Notes: generated by a model not told the origin, from the sequence alone. 64,000 bases of DNA from Clostridia bacterium (GCA_045656865.1 JAZOSB010000053.1:8074-72073), one strand, 5' to 3'. Positions 33,860 to 44,346 are shown, counted from the stretch's first letter. Translations and numbers: made by a program.

Positions 33860-35110
33860 TCAGTTTATTTTCTTTATATCTGCACCTAACTGTGCAAGCA
33901 TTTTATCTAAATCCACATATCCACGTTCTATATAGTGGATACCGCTTAATTCACTTACCCCGTTTGCACCTAAAGCCGCTACCGCAAGTGCCGCACCGCC
34001 ACGCAAATCCATTGCCTTAAGCGGGGATGCACAAAGCTTCTGCCCCTTGATGATTGCCACTCTTCCGTCCTGAAGAATATCAGCACCCATCTTCCGAAGC
34101 TCGGGAATGATTTTATATCTGCTGTCAAAGATATTTTCCACAATCACACTTGTTCCCTCAGCAAAGCACAATGCCGCCATAACAGGAGACTGTGCATCTG
34201 TGGGAAATCCCGGGTAAACCTGCGTTTTTATCATATCCACGCTCTTTATTTTTTCAGGCGCACGAATGTACATCTTGTCGTTAAAAAATTCTATTTTTGC
34301 ACCACTGTCACGAAGAACTGATACCACGGCACCCAAGTGCGCGCTCCTTACATTAAGAAGCTCTATCTCACTTTTAGTGGTCATTGCACTGCACATAAGA
34401 GTGGCCGCAACAATTCTGTCGGGCATTACCTTATGCTCCGCACTGTGAAGATGTGCAACTCCCTTGATACGGATAAATTCCGTTCCTGCACCCTCTATAC
34501 AGGCACCCATCTTGTTGAGAAATTCGCACATATCGGTTATTTCAGGTTCCTTTGCCGCATTGGAAATCGTTGTTTCCCCGTTAAGGCAGACCGATGCTAA
34601 AATAATGTTTTCCGTCGCACCTACGCTTGGAAAACTAAGGTGTATATCCCCCGAATGCATCCTGTCTGCATTGGCTTCAATAAACCCATTTTCATCCTTT
34701 ATGGAAAGGCCCAGTTGCCGTAGTGCTTTCATATGCAGGTCTATAGGGCGGTTCCCAAGCTCACATCCGCCGGGCGAGCACATTCTTGCCCTGCCCATTT
34801 TTCCTGCAAGTGCTCCTAAAAATATAATGGAGCTTCGCATTTCCCGCATCAGCTCCTCGGGAATTTCCCATGAAGAAATATCCGAAGAGTCAATTTCCAG
34901 AATGTTTTCCGAAAAAGCCACCCTGCAGCCCAGACACTCCAAAATTTTTATTGTATGCTCCACATCACTAAGATGAGGACAGTCATAGATTCTGCATTTG
35001 TCGCCTGCCAGTATGGACGCTGCCATAATTGGCAAGACAGCATTTTTTGCTCCGTGAACACGCACTCTTCCGGAGAGTTTCCTGCCTCCGGTAATTATGT
35101 ACTTATTCAA
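33860..35110 (-). CDS. murA: UDP-N-acetylglucosamine 1-carboxyvinyltransferase
   Basis: ITGGRKLSGRVRVHGAKNAVLPIMAASILA N-terminus and active-site PGGCELGNRPIDLH; 416 aa. Confidence 0.93.
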   Translation of the reverse strand: MNKYIITGGRKLSGRVRVHGAKNAVLPIMAASILAGDKCRIYDCPHLSDVEHTIKILECLGCRVAFSENILEIDSSDISSWEIPEELMREMRSSIIFLGALAGKMGRARMCSPGGCELGNRPIDLHMKALRQLGLSIKDENGFIEANADRMHSGDIHLSFPSVGATENIILASVCLNGETTISNAAKEPEITDMCEFLNKMGACIEGAGTEFIRIKGVAHLHSAEHKVMPDRIVAATLMCSAMTTKSEIELLNVRSAHLGAVVSVLRDSGAKIEFFNDKMYIRAPEKIKSVDMIKTQVYPGFPTDAQSPVMAALCFAEGTSVIVENIFDSRYKIIPELRKMGADILQDGRVAIIKGQKLCASPLKAMDLRGGAALAVAALGANGVSELSGIHYIERGYVDLDKMLAQLGADIKKIN

Positions 35111-35163
35111 GCCGACACCCCCTACACCAACATATTATGCCGTATAGGAAATTTCGGTGATTT

Positions 35164-36261
35164 TTATATCATTTCTTTAATATAATTATATATTGTTTCG
35201 CAGGCATCTGCAATACCGATTTTTTTGGAATCGGACTGCATTTTTGCCAGAGTTTCCTTATTTTTGAGTATTGAATGGATTTCTTCCGAAATTCTTTTTC
35301 CGCTTACCTCGTTTTCAAGTACAACCCTTGCTGCACCGTTTTTCTCAAGATACCTTGCGTTGTACTCCTGGTGGTTGTGGGCAACGTAGGGGCTGGGAAT
35401 AAGCACCGCCGCTTTTCCCAATGCCGTTATTTCGCTGACGGTTATTGCACCTGCCCGTCCGACAACAACATCTGCGGCAAAGAAAATTTCTTCCATATTA
35501 TAGATATAGGGAACTACCTTGATATTTTTTACCTTTGCGAGGTCGGTAGTCTTTTTTATACTTTCACTTATGCTTTCATAGTGACGTTCGCCGGTTGATG
35601 CAATAAGGTTAAAGTCCCTGATACGGTTTTCCGCTATCATCTGTACAAGGGCTTCATTCATTTTTTCTGCACCAAGAGAGCCTCCGAACATCAGAACAAT
35701 CGGCTTTTCGTCAAAACCGTACTGTGCACGCACCAAATCTATATCATGCACCGCAAAAAGGTCAGGTCTTAACGGATTTCCCGTAAGGACCATTTTTTTT
35801 GCCTTCATCATATCACGGGTTTCCTCAAAGCTTATCGCTGTAACATCTGCTTTCCCTGCAAGCATCTTTATTGCAAGTCCGGGGAAAACATTCTGCTCGT
35901 GAATAAGCGTGGGGATTTTAAGGCTTGCCGCCGCCTTTACAACGGGAGCGCATACATATCCCCCTGTGCCGATTACCACATCAGGCTTGAAATTTTTTAC
36001 GATACGCTTTGCAACGCCCGTGCTTTTTACATAATTTATAAACACCTTGATGTTTTCAACACTCAGACTTCTTCTCAGCCCCATAACATCAATAAACTTA
36101 ATGTCGTATCCGCATTTGGGAACAAGCGTTTTTTCAAGACCGCGCTCTGTTCCTACAAAGAGAAATTCGCTCTCCGGCTCCTTTTCTTTTATATAGTTTG
36201 CAATGGCAATTGCAGGATTGATATGCCCTGCAGTACCGCCTCCGGTTAAGAGTACCCTCAT
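35164..36261 (-). CDS. murG: Undecaprenyl-PP-MurNAc-pentapeptide GlcNAc transferase
   Basis: MRVLLTGGGTAGHINPAIAIA N-terminus and C-terminal VGRAGAITVSE. Confidence 0.93.
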   Translation of the reverse strand: MRVLLTGGGTAGHINPAIAIANYIKEKEPESEFLFVGTERGLEKTLVPKCGYDIKFIDVMGLRRSLSVENIKVFINYVKSTGVAKRIVKNFKPDVVIGTGGYVCAPVVKAAASLKIPTLIHEQNVFPGLAIKMLAGKADVTAISFEETRDMMKAKKMVLTGNPLRPDLFAVHDIDLVRAQYGFDEKPIVLMFGGSLGAEKMNEALVQMIAENRIRDFNLIASTGERHYESISESIKKTTDLAKVKNIKVVPYIYNMEEIFFAADVVVGRAGAITVSEITALGKAAVLIPSPYVAHNHQEYNARYLEKNGAARVVLENEVSGKRISEEIHSILKNKETLAKMQSDSKKIGIADACETIYNYIKEMI

Positions 36262-36276
36262 ATTAAAGCACCTTCA

Positions 36277-37386
36277 CTATATTTTTTTGATTTTACTGGA
36301 TTTTGAAATATTAATCAGAATTCCTATTCCCCACATAGTGGCAAGCATTGACGAGCCGCCCGAACTGAAGAGGGGAAGCTGCATTCCCGTTGACGGAAGA
36401 ACTGACAGCACAACGCCGATATTAATAAGCATCTGAAGTCCTATAATAGCGGTTATACCAAAGGCTGTGTACATACCGAATTTGTCCCTTGCGTTGAGAG
36501 CAATACTTATACCTCTCCACACAAAAAGCACAAACAAAAGAATTACGACTGCACCGCCTATAAATCCAAGCTCTTCACAAATAACGGCATATATATAGTC
36601 ATTCTGTGCTTCGGGAAGATATTTGTACTTTTGCCTTGACTGACCGAGTCCCAAGCCGAAAAGTCCGCCGCTTCCCACTGCATAGAGGGACTGTACAATC
36701 TGCCAGCCTATTCCCTGCTTGTATTTAAAGGGATTGAAAAGCGCCAGAATACGGTTGTATCTGTATTCCTCTGTAAATATGAAAAAAGCACCTGCCACAC
36801 CAAGACCCAATCCACCGAAAATAGTCCACTTGAGAGAGAAGCCTGCAACAAGCATCATCAGTATGCTGATAAGTGCCAGCATAATTGCGGCAGACATATG
36901 ACTCTGCATAATACAGAATACACAAAAAATACCCATTACACCAAAGGATGTTAAAATATTCTTTTTATCTGTGGTAAGATTCTGTGTTTTCTTATCTGAA
37001 AATCTCGCTGAATAAAACAACACCAATACAATTTTTGCAAATTCCGAGGGCTGAAAGCTGATAAATCCCAAAGAAATCTGTCTTGTTGCACCGTGGGATG
37101 CAAAACCTACCACGGGCACTATAAACATAACAAGTGCCGTAACCCCAAGCATAAGCTTCTGCAGGCTAAGGTACATATGATAATCATTGGTTGCTGCAAA
37201 GACCATTACCGCACTGCCCATAAGAAGAATTGCACCCTGCCTTATAAGAGTACGGAAAATACCGCCCTCCGCCGCCCCCGGCGAGCTTGCTGAGAAAAGC
37301 ATAGCGAAGCCAAACAAGAGCAGGCTGAGTACTATAACGACTAATATAAAGTCCGCTTTACCGGAAGGTTCTCTTTTTCCTGTCAT
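36277..37386 (-). CDS. ftsW: SEDS-family peptidoglycan polymerase FtsW/SpoVE
   Basis: Ten-TM-like profile with FQPSEFAKI and LPEAQNDYIYAVICEELGF motifs. Confidence 0.88.
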   Translation of the reverse strand: MTGKREPSGKADFILVVIVLSLLLFGFAMLFSASSPGAAEGGIFRTLIRQGAILLMGSAVMVFAATNDYHMYLSLQKLMLGVTALVMFIVPVVGFASHGATRQISLGFISFQPSEFAKIVLVLFYSARFSDKKTQNLTTDKKNILTSFGVMGIFCVFCIMQSHMSAAIMLALISILMMLVAGFSLKWTIFGGLGLGVAGAFFIFTEEYRYNRILALFNPFKYKQGIGWQIVQSLYAVGSGGLFGLGLGQSRQKYKYLPEAQNDYIYAVICEELGFIGGAVVILLFVLFVWRGISIALNARDKFGMYTAFGITAIIGLQMLINIGVVLSVLPSTGMQLPLFSSGGSSMLATMWGIGILINISKSSKIKKI

Positions 37387-37435
37387 ATTGGCTCCTCCTT
37401 TAACTTAAGCCGAGGGGAGTCAAACCCCTTAAGCC

Positions 37436-38377
37436 TTAAATTGCTATGTAACAAACGGCACAGAGAATCAGCGTTATTATGCTGAAAAGTGCCACAACCT
37501 TTGTTTCTTTCCACCCGCATTTTTCAAAGTGGTGATGGACAGGTGCCATTTTGAAAACTCTTTTTTTCGTTTTTTTGTATACAGACACCTGAATGATAAC
37601 GCTGAGTGCTTCAAACAGAAACACAAATGCACCAATTATTATAAAAAGCTCCAGACCTGCACTAATTGCAACAGCTGCTATCGTACCGCCAATGAAAAGA
37701 CTTCCCGTATCGCCCATAAAAACCTTTGCAGGATAAGCATTATAAATAAGGAAACCTAAAAGTCCGCCTGTAAGAGCACCTGCAACAACGCTGCCGTCAG
37801 AATGCATTCCTATTACGGCACACGCAACCGCAAAGAACAGGGAAACTATACTTCCCACACTTGCGGCGAGACCATCAAGTCCGTCTGTAAGATTTGCGCT
37901 GTTTGTTGTCGCCAGAAGCACAAGCATTACAAAGGGGATGTGCAAAATGCCTAAATCAAAGGTCAAATCTGTAAAGGGGATTCTTGTTTCCGTCTGCCCA
38001 AACTGAAAATACAGAAAAACTGCATATGCAAGGCTTACAACAGTCTGTGCAAGAAATTTCTGTGAAGCGGAAAAGCCCTTGTTCTGCTTTTTAACAACCT
38101 TTATATAGTCATCAATAAAGCCTATCAGTCCAAACAGGACACCGCACAAAAGTATTGCACCGCATCTTAAATCCCTTACGAAAATCAATGTGGCAATAAC
38201 TGTTGACGCTATAAAAACAAGACCGCCCATTGTAGGTGTTCCCTGCTTTTTCTCATGCCATGAGGGGCCGTCCTCTAAAATTGTCTGTCCAAATTTCAGT
38301 TTGCGAAGAAACGGAATCAGAACCGGCTCACACAGTGCGGTTATTAGAAAGCTTATTACACATGCTTTTATCCACAT
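37436..38377 (-). CDS. mraY: Phospho-N-acetylmuramoyl-pentapeptide transferase
   Basis: GTPTMGG, NLTDGLDGLA, MGDTGSL and PVHHHFE motifs. Confidence 0.95.
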   Translation of the reverse strand: MWIKACVISFLITALCEPVLIPFLRKLKFGQTILEDGPSWHEKKQGTPTMGGLVFIASTVIATLIFVRDLRCGAILLCGVLFGLIGFIDDYIKVVKKQNKGFSASQKFLAQTVVSLAYAVFLYFQFGQTETRIPFTDLTFDLGILHIPFVMLVLLATTNSANLTDGLDGLAASVGSIVSLFFAVACAVIGMHSDGSVVAGALTGGLLGFLIYNAYPAKVFMGDTGSLFIGGTIAAVAISAGLELFIIIGAFVFLFEALSVIIQVSVYKKTKKRVFKMAPVHHHFEKCGWKETKVVALFSIITLILCAVCYIAI

Positions 38378-38383
38378 AGTTAA

Positions 38384-39820
38384 TTACCCCTTCATTGTTG
38401 AAAGTATCTCTTTTACAACAACTCTTTCGTCAAAGTCGTGTTTAATATGGTCAATTTCCTGATATGTTTCGTGTCCTTTTCCTGCAAGGATGATGATATC
38501 TCCCTCCCTGGCAATTTCCATTGCTTTACGGATGGCATCCTTTCTGTTCACCACGGTGATGTGGTTATCCTTTTCCATTCCTGCAAGAATATCCTTTATG
38601 ATTGCCTCGGGCTCTTCACAGCGGGGATTGTCACTTGTAACCACAACAAGGTCTGAAAGCTCCTCTGCAATTTTTCCCATTTTAGGACGCTTGCTTGCAT
38701 CACGGTTACCACCGCATCCAAATACGGTTATTACGCATCCTTTCGTAAAGTCACGCACTGCAGATATAATATTTTCCATACCGTCGGGAGTATGTGCGTA
38801 GTCGATAATCACGGTGTAGGGAGTGGTTGTGTGGACAACCTCAATTCTTCCTTTTATACTTTTTGCAAGGACAAGGCCATTTTCTATATCCGACATATCA
38901 ATGCCGATATTTATGCAGGCACAAATTGCCGCAAGGGCATTGTAAACTGAGAATTTTCCGGGGATTCCCAGACGCATTTCGTGAGTTTCGTTTTTATATA
39001 CAATGTCAAATATTACGCCTCTCTCACTCATTTTGATGTTATCTGCTTTTATGAGAGAGTCATTATCAATTGAATAGGTAAGAACATCTTCCCCTGCCGC
39101 AGTAAGACAGATTTGCGAATAATCTGAATCAAGATTTATTGCGGAGGTTCTGCTCATTGCAAAAAGCTTTGCCTTTGCCTTTGCATAATTTTCCATAGTT
39201 TTATGAAAATCGAGATGGTCCTGTGTAATGTTTGTCAAAACTGCCGTTTCAAAGGTTACACCGTACACTCTGTCAAGCTCGAGAGAGTGGCTTGAAACCT
39301 CCATTACAACGTATTCACCGCCGCTTTCCACCACTTTGTGAAAAATTTCAAAAAGGTCGAAGGACTCGGGGGTGGTACGGCTGCTTTCTGTGACAGAGTC
39401 ACCGATTATTATCTGATTTGTGCCGATAAGGTCACATCTTAACCCCTTGAGCATCAGGATTTGCCTGATAAGATATGTGGTAGTGGTCTTTCCGTTTGTA
39501 CCTGTAAGACCGATTATTTTAAGCTTCTTTTCAGGATGGTCAAAATACTCCGCACTGGTAAGTGCCAATGCCTTTCTTGAGTCTTTTACCTTTACATAGG
39601 TGCATCCGCAGTCAATGTTATCCTCACCTAAAACTGCAACTGCACCGTTTTTTATTGCACTGTCAATGTATTTATGTCCGTCGGTTTCAAACCCCTTTAT
39701 TGCTATAAAGAGATAGCCGTCCTGAACTTTTCTGGAGTCATATGCTATGCCCTTTATTTCAATTTCTGAGTTTCCGAAAATCTCACATTCAATATTTTTA
39801 ACGAGTTCTTTTAATGTCAT
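38384..39820 (-). CDS. murE: UDP-MurNAc-L-Ala-D-Glu:meso-diaminopimelate ligase
   Basis: GLTGTNGKTTT P-loop and the DNPR motif diagnostic of DAP-adding MurE. Confidence 0.92.
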   Translation of the reverse strand: MTLKELVKNIECEIFGNSEIEIKGIAYDSRKVQDGYLFIAIKGFETDGHKYIDSAIKNGAVAVLGEDNIDCGCTYVKVKDSRKALALTSAEYFDHPEKKLKIIGLTGTNGKTTTTYLIRQILMLKGLRCDLIGTNQIIIGDSVTESSRTTPESFDLFEIFHKVVESGGEYVVMEVSSHSLELDRVYGVTFETAVLTNITQDHLDFHKTMENYAKAKAKLFAMSRTSAINLDSDYSQICLTAAGEDVLTYSIDNDSLIKADNIKMSERGVIFDIVYKNETHEMRLGIPGKFSVYNALAAICACINIGIDMSDIENGLVLAKSIKGRIEVVHTTTPYTVIIDYAHTPDGMENIISAVRDFTKGCVITVFGCGGNRDASKRPKMGKIAEELSDLVVVTSDNPRCEEPEAIIKDILAGMEKDNHITVVNRKDAIRKAMEIAREGDIIILAGKGHETYQEIDHIKHDFDERVVVKEILSTMKG

Positions 39821-39832
39821 TATGCACCTCCG

Positions 39833-42016
39833 TCAATTCTCTTCCCTCTTAACAAACTTTACATAAATTTTTGTTCCCGCCGCAACTTCGGATTTTGCCT
39901 TGGGGCTCTGACTTACTGCTATATAATCAGCTGGAATTGTTCCGCTGTTTGCAGCATCAAGCTCCATACTGAGGCCTGCATTTTCGATAGTCGCCTTTGC
40001 GTTTTTATAGTTCATTCCTATAACCTCGGGAACAATTGCAGTCCCCTGCGCTTCTTCCTTCTGGGTGTATGCAATTACAACACCGCCTTTGTGAAGCTTT
40101 GTTCCTGCTGCAGGAATCTGATTTGTAATCTTTTCTCCGCTGCCCTTGGGATTTATTTTAAGTCCCAGATTGTCAAGCTTAATAAGGGCTTCCTGCACAG
40201 TAAGTCCGTTAATATTGGGTACTGTTACAGATATTTTATCCTTGTTTTCCTCTGTAGGCTGAGGAGCATATCCAAGGTAAGGAAGAACATCTTCAAAAAT
40301 TCTTCCTACCGCAGGTGCCGCAATTGCACCACCACCAGTTGCTCCTGCATGAGGCTCGTCAAGGAGCAGTAGACATACAAGCTGGGGGTTATCGGCAGGT
40401 GCTACACCTACAAAGGATGCGATATATTCTCCGCTTCCTCGGGGAAGCTTTTCACTTGTACCTGTTTTTCCGCCGATACGGAAGCCTGCAACATATCCGC
40501 CTTTACCTGTTCCCTCCGCTACAACACGTTCCATCATACCGCGCATCTGCACGCTGGTTTCTTCGGAAATTACACTGCGCACAAGCTCTGGGTCAAAGGT
40601 TTCAATCACATTTCCCTCTGCATCGGTATATGCTTTTATTATACGGGGCTTCATAAGGTTTCCTCCGTTTACTACGGCTGAAACGGCACTTATGAGCTGA
40701 AGAGGAGTGATTGTAAATGTCTGCCCGAAAGATGATGTTGCCAAATCTACAACACCAAGCTTTTGATGGAATGTTCCGGCAGATTCACCCGGGATTGTAA
40801 AGCCCGTCTTTTCTGTAAGTCCAAAGGCTTTATAATATTTCTGGAAAGTTGTTGCACCCATTCTTGAAGCAAGCTCCATTACAAAAGGGTTGCAGGAATT
40901 CATAAGCCCCTGTGCAAAGGTTTCTTCTCCGTGTCCTGCGTGCTGCCAGCAATGGATACTGCGGTTTGCCACCTGTCTTACACCTGAGCAGGAGAATACG
41001 TCCTGAGGGGATGCAACACCCTCTTCAAGAGCTGCCGCTGCAACTATTGTTTTAAACGTTGAGCCCGGCTCGTAGGAGTCTACAACGGCTTTGTTACGCC
41101 ACATTTTCCAGACAGCCTTGTTATATGCTTCTGTATAAGCTTCGCCCTCCAGTTCAAGAGCATCGAGCTGTTCCAAAAGAAGCTGGTCTGTTATCACACG
41201 GGGAGCATTCAGGTCGTAGGTAGGAACTACCGCCATAGCAAGAACCTCTCCTGTGTTGGGATCCATAACGATAGCGGCACCGCCATTTCCGAGAAGATTT
41301 TCCTCATATGCCTGCTGAAGATGCTTTTCCGTGTATCTTTGTATAGTTTCATCGATTGTCAGGACAACGCCCTTGCCGTCCTGAGGCTCAATGTAGTTTT
41401 CATATTTAAAGGGCATTTCGTTGTTCGCAACGTCCTTTGCCGCAACGATTCTGCCGTCAACCCCGCGAAGCTGTTCGTCAAGAACATTTTCAAGGCCCTC
41501 AAGTCCCTGATTGTCACTTCCCGTAAAGCCGATAACCTGTGCCGCAAGCGAGCCATAAGGATAGTAACGCTTGGAATCCTCTTCAAAATAGACTCCCGAA
41601 AGCTTCTCGTTTCTGATTTGGTCGGCAACACTTTTTTCTACCTGCTTTGCAACAACCACTGACTGTCTGTTTGTGCGGGAAATTTGTTTTCTTAAATTCT
41701 GCTCATCTACACCCAGAATTTTTACAAGAGTGCTTACAACCTCTTCTTCATTCTTGCTTTTTGCTATTTCCTGAGGGTTAAGAGTTACTCTTTCAGCAGA
41801 TGCACTCTGTGCGAGAATTTTTAAATTACGGTCATAAATAGAGCCGCGTTTTGCACTGATTACACTGTCGCGGGTCTGCTGTTCAGCCGCCATTCTGCTA
41901 TATTCTTCGCCGCGGACAAACTGTATCCATGCAAGCCTTACAAGAAGCACCAACACGCCCACAAGAAAAAAAAGCGTTATTAATTTCATTCGTTTTTTTA
42001 TGGCTCTTGTCGGCAT
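39833..42016 (-). CDS. Class B penicillin-binding protein (FtsI/PBP2B/SpoVD-type) with two C-terminal PASTA domains
   Basis: N-terminal TM segment; SxxK (GSTFK), SxN (NSCN) and KTG (GKTGT) motifs; two PASTA-like repeats at the C-terminus. Confidence 0.92.
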   Translation of the reverse strand: MPTRAIKKRMKLITLFFLVGVLVLLVRLAWIQFVRGEEYSRMAAEQQTRDSVISAKRGSIYDRNLKILAQSASAERVTLNPQEIAKSKNEEEVVSTLVKILGVDEQNLRKQISRTNRQSVVVAKQVEKSVADQIRNEKLSGVYFEEDSKRYYPYGSLAAQVIGFTGSDNQGLEGLENVLDEQLRGVDGRIVAAKDVANNEMPFKYENYIEPQDGKGVVLTIDETIQRYTEKHLQQAYEENLLGNGGAAIVMDPNTGEVLAMAVVPTYDLNAPRVITDQLLLEQLDALELEGEAYTEAYNKAVWKMWRNKAVVDSYEPGSTFKTIVAAAALEEGVASPQDVFSCSGVRQVANRSIHCWQHAGHGEETFAQGLMNSCNPFVMELASRMGATTFQKYYKAFGLTEKTGFTIPGESAGTFHQKLGVVDLATSSFGQTFTITPLQLISAVSAVVNGGNLMKPRIIKAYTDAEGNVIETFDPELVRSVISEETSVQMRGMMERVVAEGTGKGGYVAGFRIGGKTGTSEKLPRGSGEYIASFVGVAPADNPQLVCLLLLDEPHAGATGGGAIAAPAVGRIFEDVLPYLGYAPQPTEENKDKISVTVPNINGLTVQEALIKLDNLGLKINPKGSGEKITNQIPAAGTKLHKGGVVIAYTQKEEAQGTAIVPEVIGMNYKNAKATIENAGLSMELDAANSGTIPADYIAVSQSPKAKSEVAAGTKIYVKFVKREEN

Positions 42017-42111
42017 GGTTTCACTCCTTTTATGTTTTTACTTTTTCCTTTTTTATAAACGCAAAAAGGGATTTGGCAAAAAAAGTCCTGCTGCCACTTC
42101 CCTTTATTATA

Positions 42112-42594
42112 TTAATATAAATATTCCAGTATTCCCGATATGCGATTTATAAATGCGTTGAACGTGCTTTTTTCCTCAACCTTTAAAACTTCACCGTTGT
42201 CAGTATTTCCAAGTGCAATATACTGTATCTGACTTTTTGCAGGAGGCTTAAGTCCAAGACGCTGTGCTTCCTGTTCAATTTTTTTCGGGTCAAGATTACC
42301 CTCTGCCTTCACCTGCTGTTCAACAACCTTTGCACTTATAAGCTCAAGGTTTTCTTTAGAAGCTGAGAGCTTATTGTACTCTGCAGTAATTGTCGCATAT
42401 CTGAGAAGGACTACGAAAGACAGTGCAAACGCAACCAGAATTGCTTTTACAATGCGTTTTTTCATCCTTAACGCTTTCTTGTGCGACAGCTTAACGCTTG
42501 TCCTTCCGGTGATTTTCTTCCCTGCGGATTTCTTCTTGGGAACATCTGATGTGTAGTATTCAGTTTTTAATGCACTTGAACCGTCTGTATACAT
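42112..42594 (-). CDS. ftsL: FtsL-like cell division protein (single TM + coiled coil)
   Basis: 160 aa with a basic N-terminus, TM segment (ILVAFALSFVVLL) and coiled coil. It occupies the canonical position between rsmH and the pbp gene. Confidence 0.6.
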   Translation of the reverse strand: MYTDGSSALKTEYYTSDVPKKKSAGKKITGRTSVKLSHKKALRMKKRIVKAILVAFALSFVVLLRYATITAEYNKLSASKENLELISAKVVEQQVKAEGNLDPKKIEQEAQRLGLKPPAKSQIQYIALGNTDNGEVLKVEEKSTFNAFINRISGILEYLY

Positions 42595-42607
42595 CGGTAC
42601 GCTCCTG

Positions 42608-43531
42608 TCAGATTATTTTTTCCACAGCTCTTAATTTACTGCTTCTCGCACGGGGGTTTTCGTCAAGCTCTTTTTCAGAGGGGACTATGGGTTTTCGTGT
42701 AATACTCTTTACGGAAGGCTTGTTTCCGCAAACACATACGGGGAAATCCTTTGGGCAGGTACAGCCCTTTTCCAAAGCTGCAAAAGTTGTTTTTACGATT
42801 CTGTCTTCAAGGGAGTGGAATGTGATTATTCCCATCTTACCGCCTTTTTTAAGAAGCTCTGCCCCATCCTTTATTGCCTGCTCCAATATTTTAAGCTCTC
42901 CGTTGACCTCAATCCTTATAGCCTGAAATGTACGTTTTGCAGGATGGGGGCCATCCTTTCTTGCTGAAAGGGGGATTGCCGCTTTTATAATATCCACAAG
43001 CTCAAAGGTTGTTTCTATGGGTGCTGTTTTTCTTTTCTCAACAATGAAATCAACGATTCTGCTTGCCCATCTTTCCTCTCCGTAGGTGGAGATTATCCTA
43101 AAAAGCTCTTCTGACGAATAGGTGTTTACTATATCCTTTGCGGTAAGGCTGTCGCGACTATCCATACGCATGTCCAGTGGCGCGTCCTGCATATAGGAAA
43201 AGCCCCTCTCTGCATCGTCAAGCTGAGGCGACGATACACCTAAATCCGCTATGATTCCGTCAAATTTTTCTATTCCAAGGTTTTTTGCTATATTTTTTAT
43301 ATTGGAAAAATTATCGTGCACTGCGGTGAAATTTTTACCCTTAAAACGCTCATTTGCATTTTTTATGGCAATTTCATCACGGTCTATTCCGATAACTTGT
43401 CCGCCACGCTCCAAAATCAGAGATGTGTGTCCGCCGCCGCCCAATGTGAAATCGGCATATATTCCATCCGGTTTAACATCTATGCTGTCAACGGTTTCTT
43501 CTAAAAGCACAGTAACATGGTTAAATTCCAC
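42608..43531 (-). CDS. rsmH: 16S rRNA (cytosine1402-N4)-methyltransferase
   Basis: [17 protein letters not shown] and FHSLEDR motifs. Confidence 0.95.
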   Translation of the reverse strand: MEFNHVTVLLEETVDSIDVKPDGIYADFTLGGGGHTSLILERGGQVIGIDRDEIAIKNANERFKGKNFTAVHDNFSNIKNIAKNLGIEKFDGIIADLGVSSPQLDDAERGFSYMQDAPLDMRMDSRDSLTAKDIVNTYSSEELFRIISTYGEERWASRIVDFIVEKRKTAPIETTFELVDIIKAAIPLSARKDGPHPAKRTFQAIRIEVNGELKILEQAIKDGAELLKKGGKMGIITFHSLEDRIVKTTFAALEKGCTCPKDFPVCVCGNKPSVKSITRKPIVPSEKELDENPRARSSKLRAVEKII

Positions 43532-43545
43532 AATGCTTCCTCCTA

Positions 43546-43980
43546 TCAGAAGCTGATTTCTTCCAGACTCTCTGCAGCTTCCTCAACAGTCATCTCTTCT
43601 TCACTCTGAGAATACTCCATCCAACGCTGTGCATCCCAGATTTCAACACGCTTGCTGACACCGATTATGACAACCTCTTTCGTAAGAGCAGCATATTCAC
43701 GGTGAGGGGGGGTAATAAGCACCTTACCCTGCTTGTCCGGTTCGCCCTCTGCGGCACCGGAAAGGAATGTTCTCTGCAGGAAACGGGCACTCTTCTGGTT
43801 AGAGGGAAGCTTCGCAAGATTATCGGCAAGCTCTTCCCATACATCCATAGGATATACAAACAGACAGCCCTCAAAGCCCTTGGTAATCATGAAATGTTCG
43901 CCAAGCTGTTCACGAAACTTTGCAGGGATGATTACTCTTCCCTTGGCATCAATATTGTGTGAGTACTCGCCTACGAACAT
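43546..43980 (-). CDS. mraZ: Transcriptional regulator MraZ
   Basis: Two DxxxR-type SpoVT/AbrB-like repeats (DAKGRVIIP and [10 protein letters not shown]); 144 aa. Confidence 0.95.
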   Translation of the reverse strand: MFVGEYSHNIDAKGRVIIPAKFREQLGEHFMITKGFEGCLFVYPMDVWEELADNLAKLPSNQKSARFLQRTFLSGAAEGEPDKQGKVLITPPHREYAALTKEVVIIGVSKRVEIWDAQRWMEYSQSEEEMTVEEAAESLEEISF

Positions 43981-43993
43981 TCTACATCACCTC

Positions 43994-44029
43994 CACTTTG
44001 TTGCACTTTTGTGCACTTTCCTACACTTT
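43994..44029 (-). promoter_or_regulatory. Putative MraZ operator: four AAAGTG direct repeats at an exact 10-bp period
   Basis: Plus-strand CACTTT occurs at 43994, 44004, 44014 and 44024. These fill the 5' UTR between the predicted promoter and the mraZ RBS; the proximal repeat abuts GGAGGTG. Confidence 0.65.
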
Positions 44030-44035
44030 GAATAT

Positions 44036-44064
44036 ATTTTACTATATATCAGCCGTGATTTCAA
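44036..44064 (-). promoter_or_regulatory. Candidate SigA promoter of the dcw (mraZ) operon
   Basis: Minus strand: TTGAAA (44059-44064), 17 nt, TAAAAT (44036-44041). Confidence 0.55.
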
Positions 44065-44203
44065 TACTTTTTTAAAAATTTTTTGAGTTTTTTTAGTTTT
44101 TTACATTACTATCTAAATATGGAAAATATTAGGGTTGGAGATACAATATTTTGTGAACAAAAAAGAAATTCTTGAAATAAAAGTAATTTGTTTTAAATTT
44201 CTC

Positions 44204-44232
44204 TTGCAATTTCAATTAAATTATATTATAAT
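44204..44232 (+). promoter_or_regulatory. Candidate SigA promoter for tRNA-Pro
   Basis: TTGCAA (44204-44209), 17 nt, TATAAT (44227-44232). Confidence 0.55.
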
Positions 44233-44270
44233 TCACAATGTTGGATAAAAAATAACTTGATATTATATTA

Positions 44271-44346
44271 CGGGGTGTAGCGCAGCTGGTAGCGCGCCTG
44301 CTTTGGGAGCAGGATGCCGCAGGTTCAAGTCCTGTCACTCCGACCA
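44271..44346 (+). tRNA. tRNA-Pro (anticodon TGG), CCA encoded
   Basis: CGGGGTG-TA-GCGC-AGCTGGTA-GCGC-G-CCTGC-TTTGGGA-GCAGG-ATGCC-GCAGG-TTCAAGT-CCTGT-CACTCCG-A-CCA. The cloverleaf folds by hand. Confidence 0.94.
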
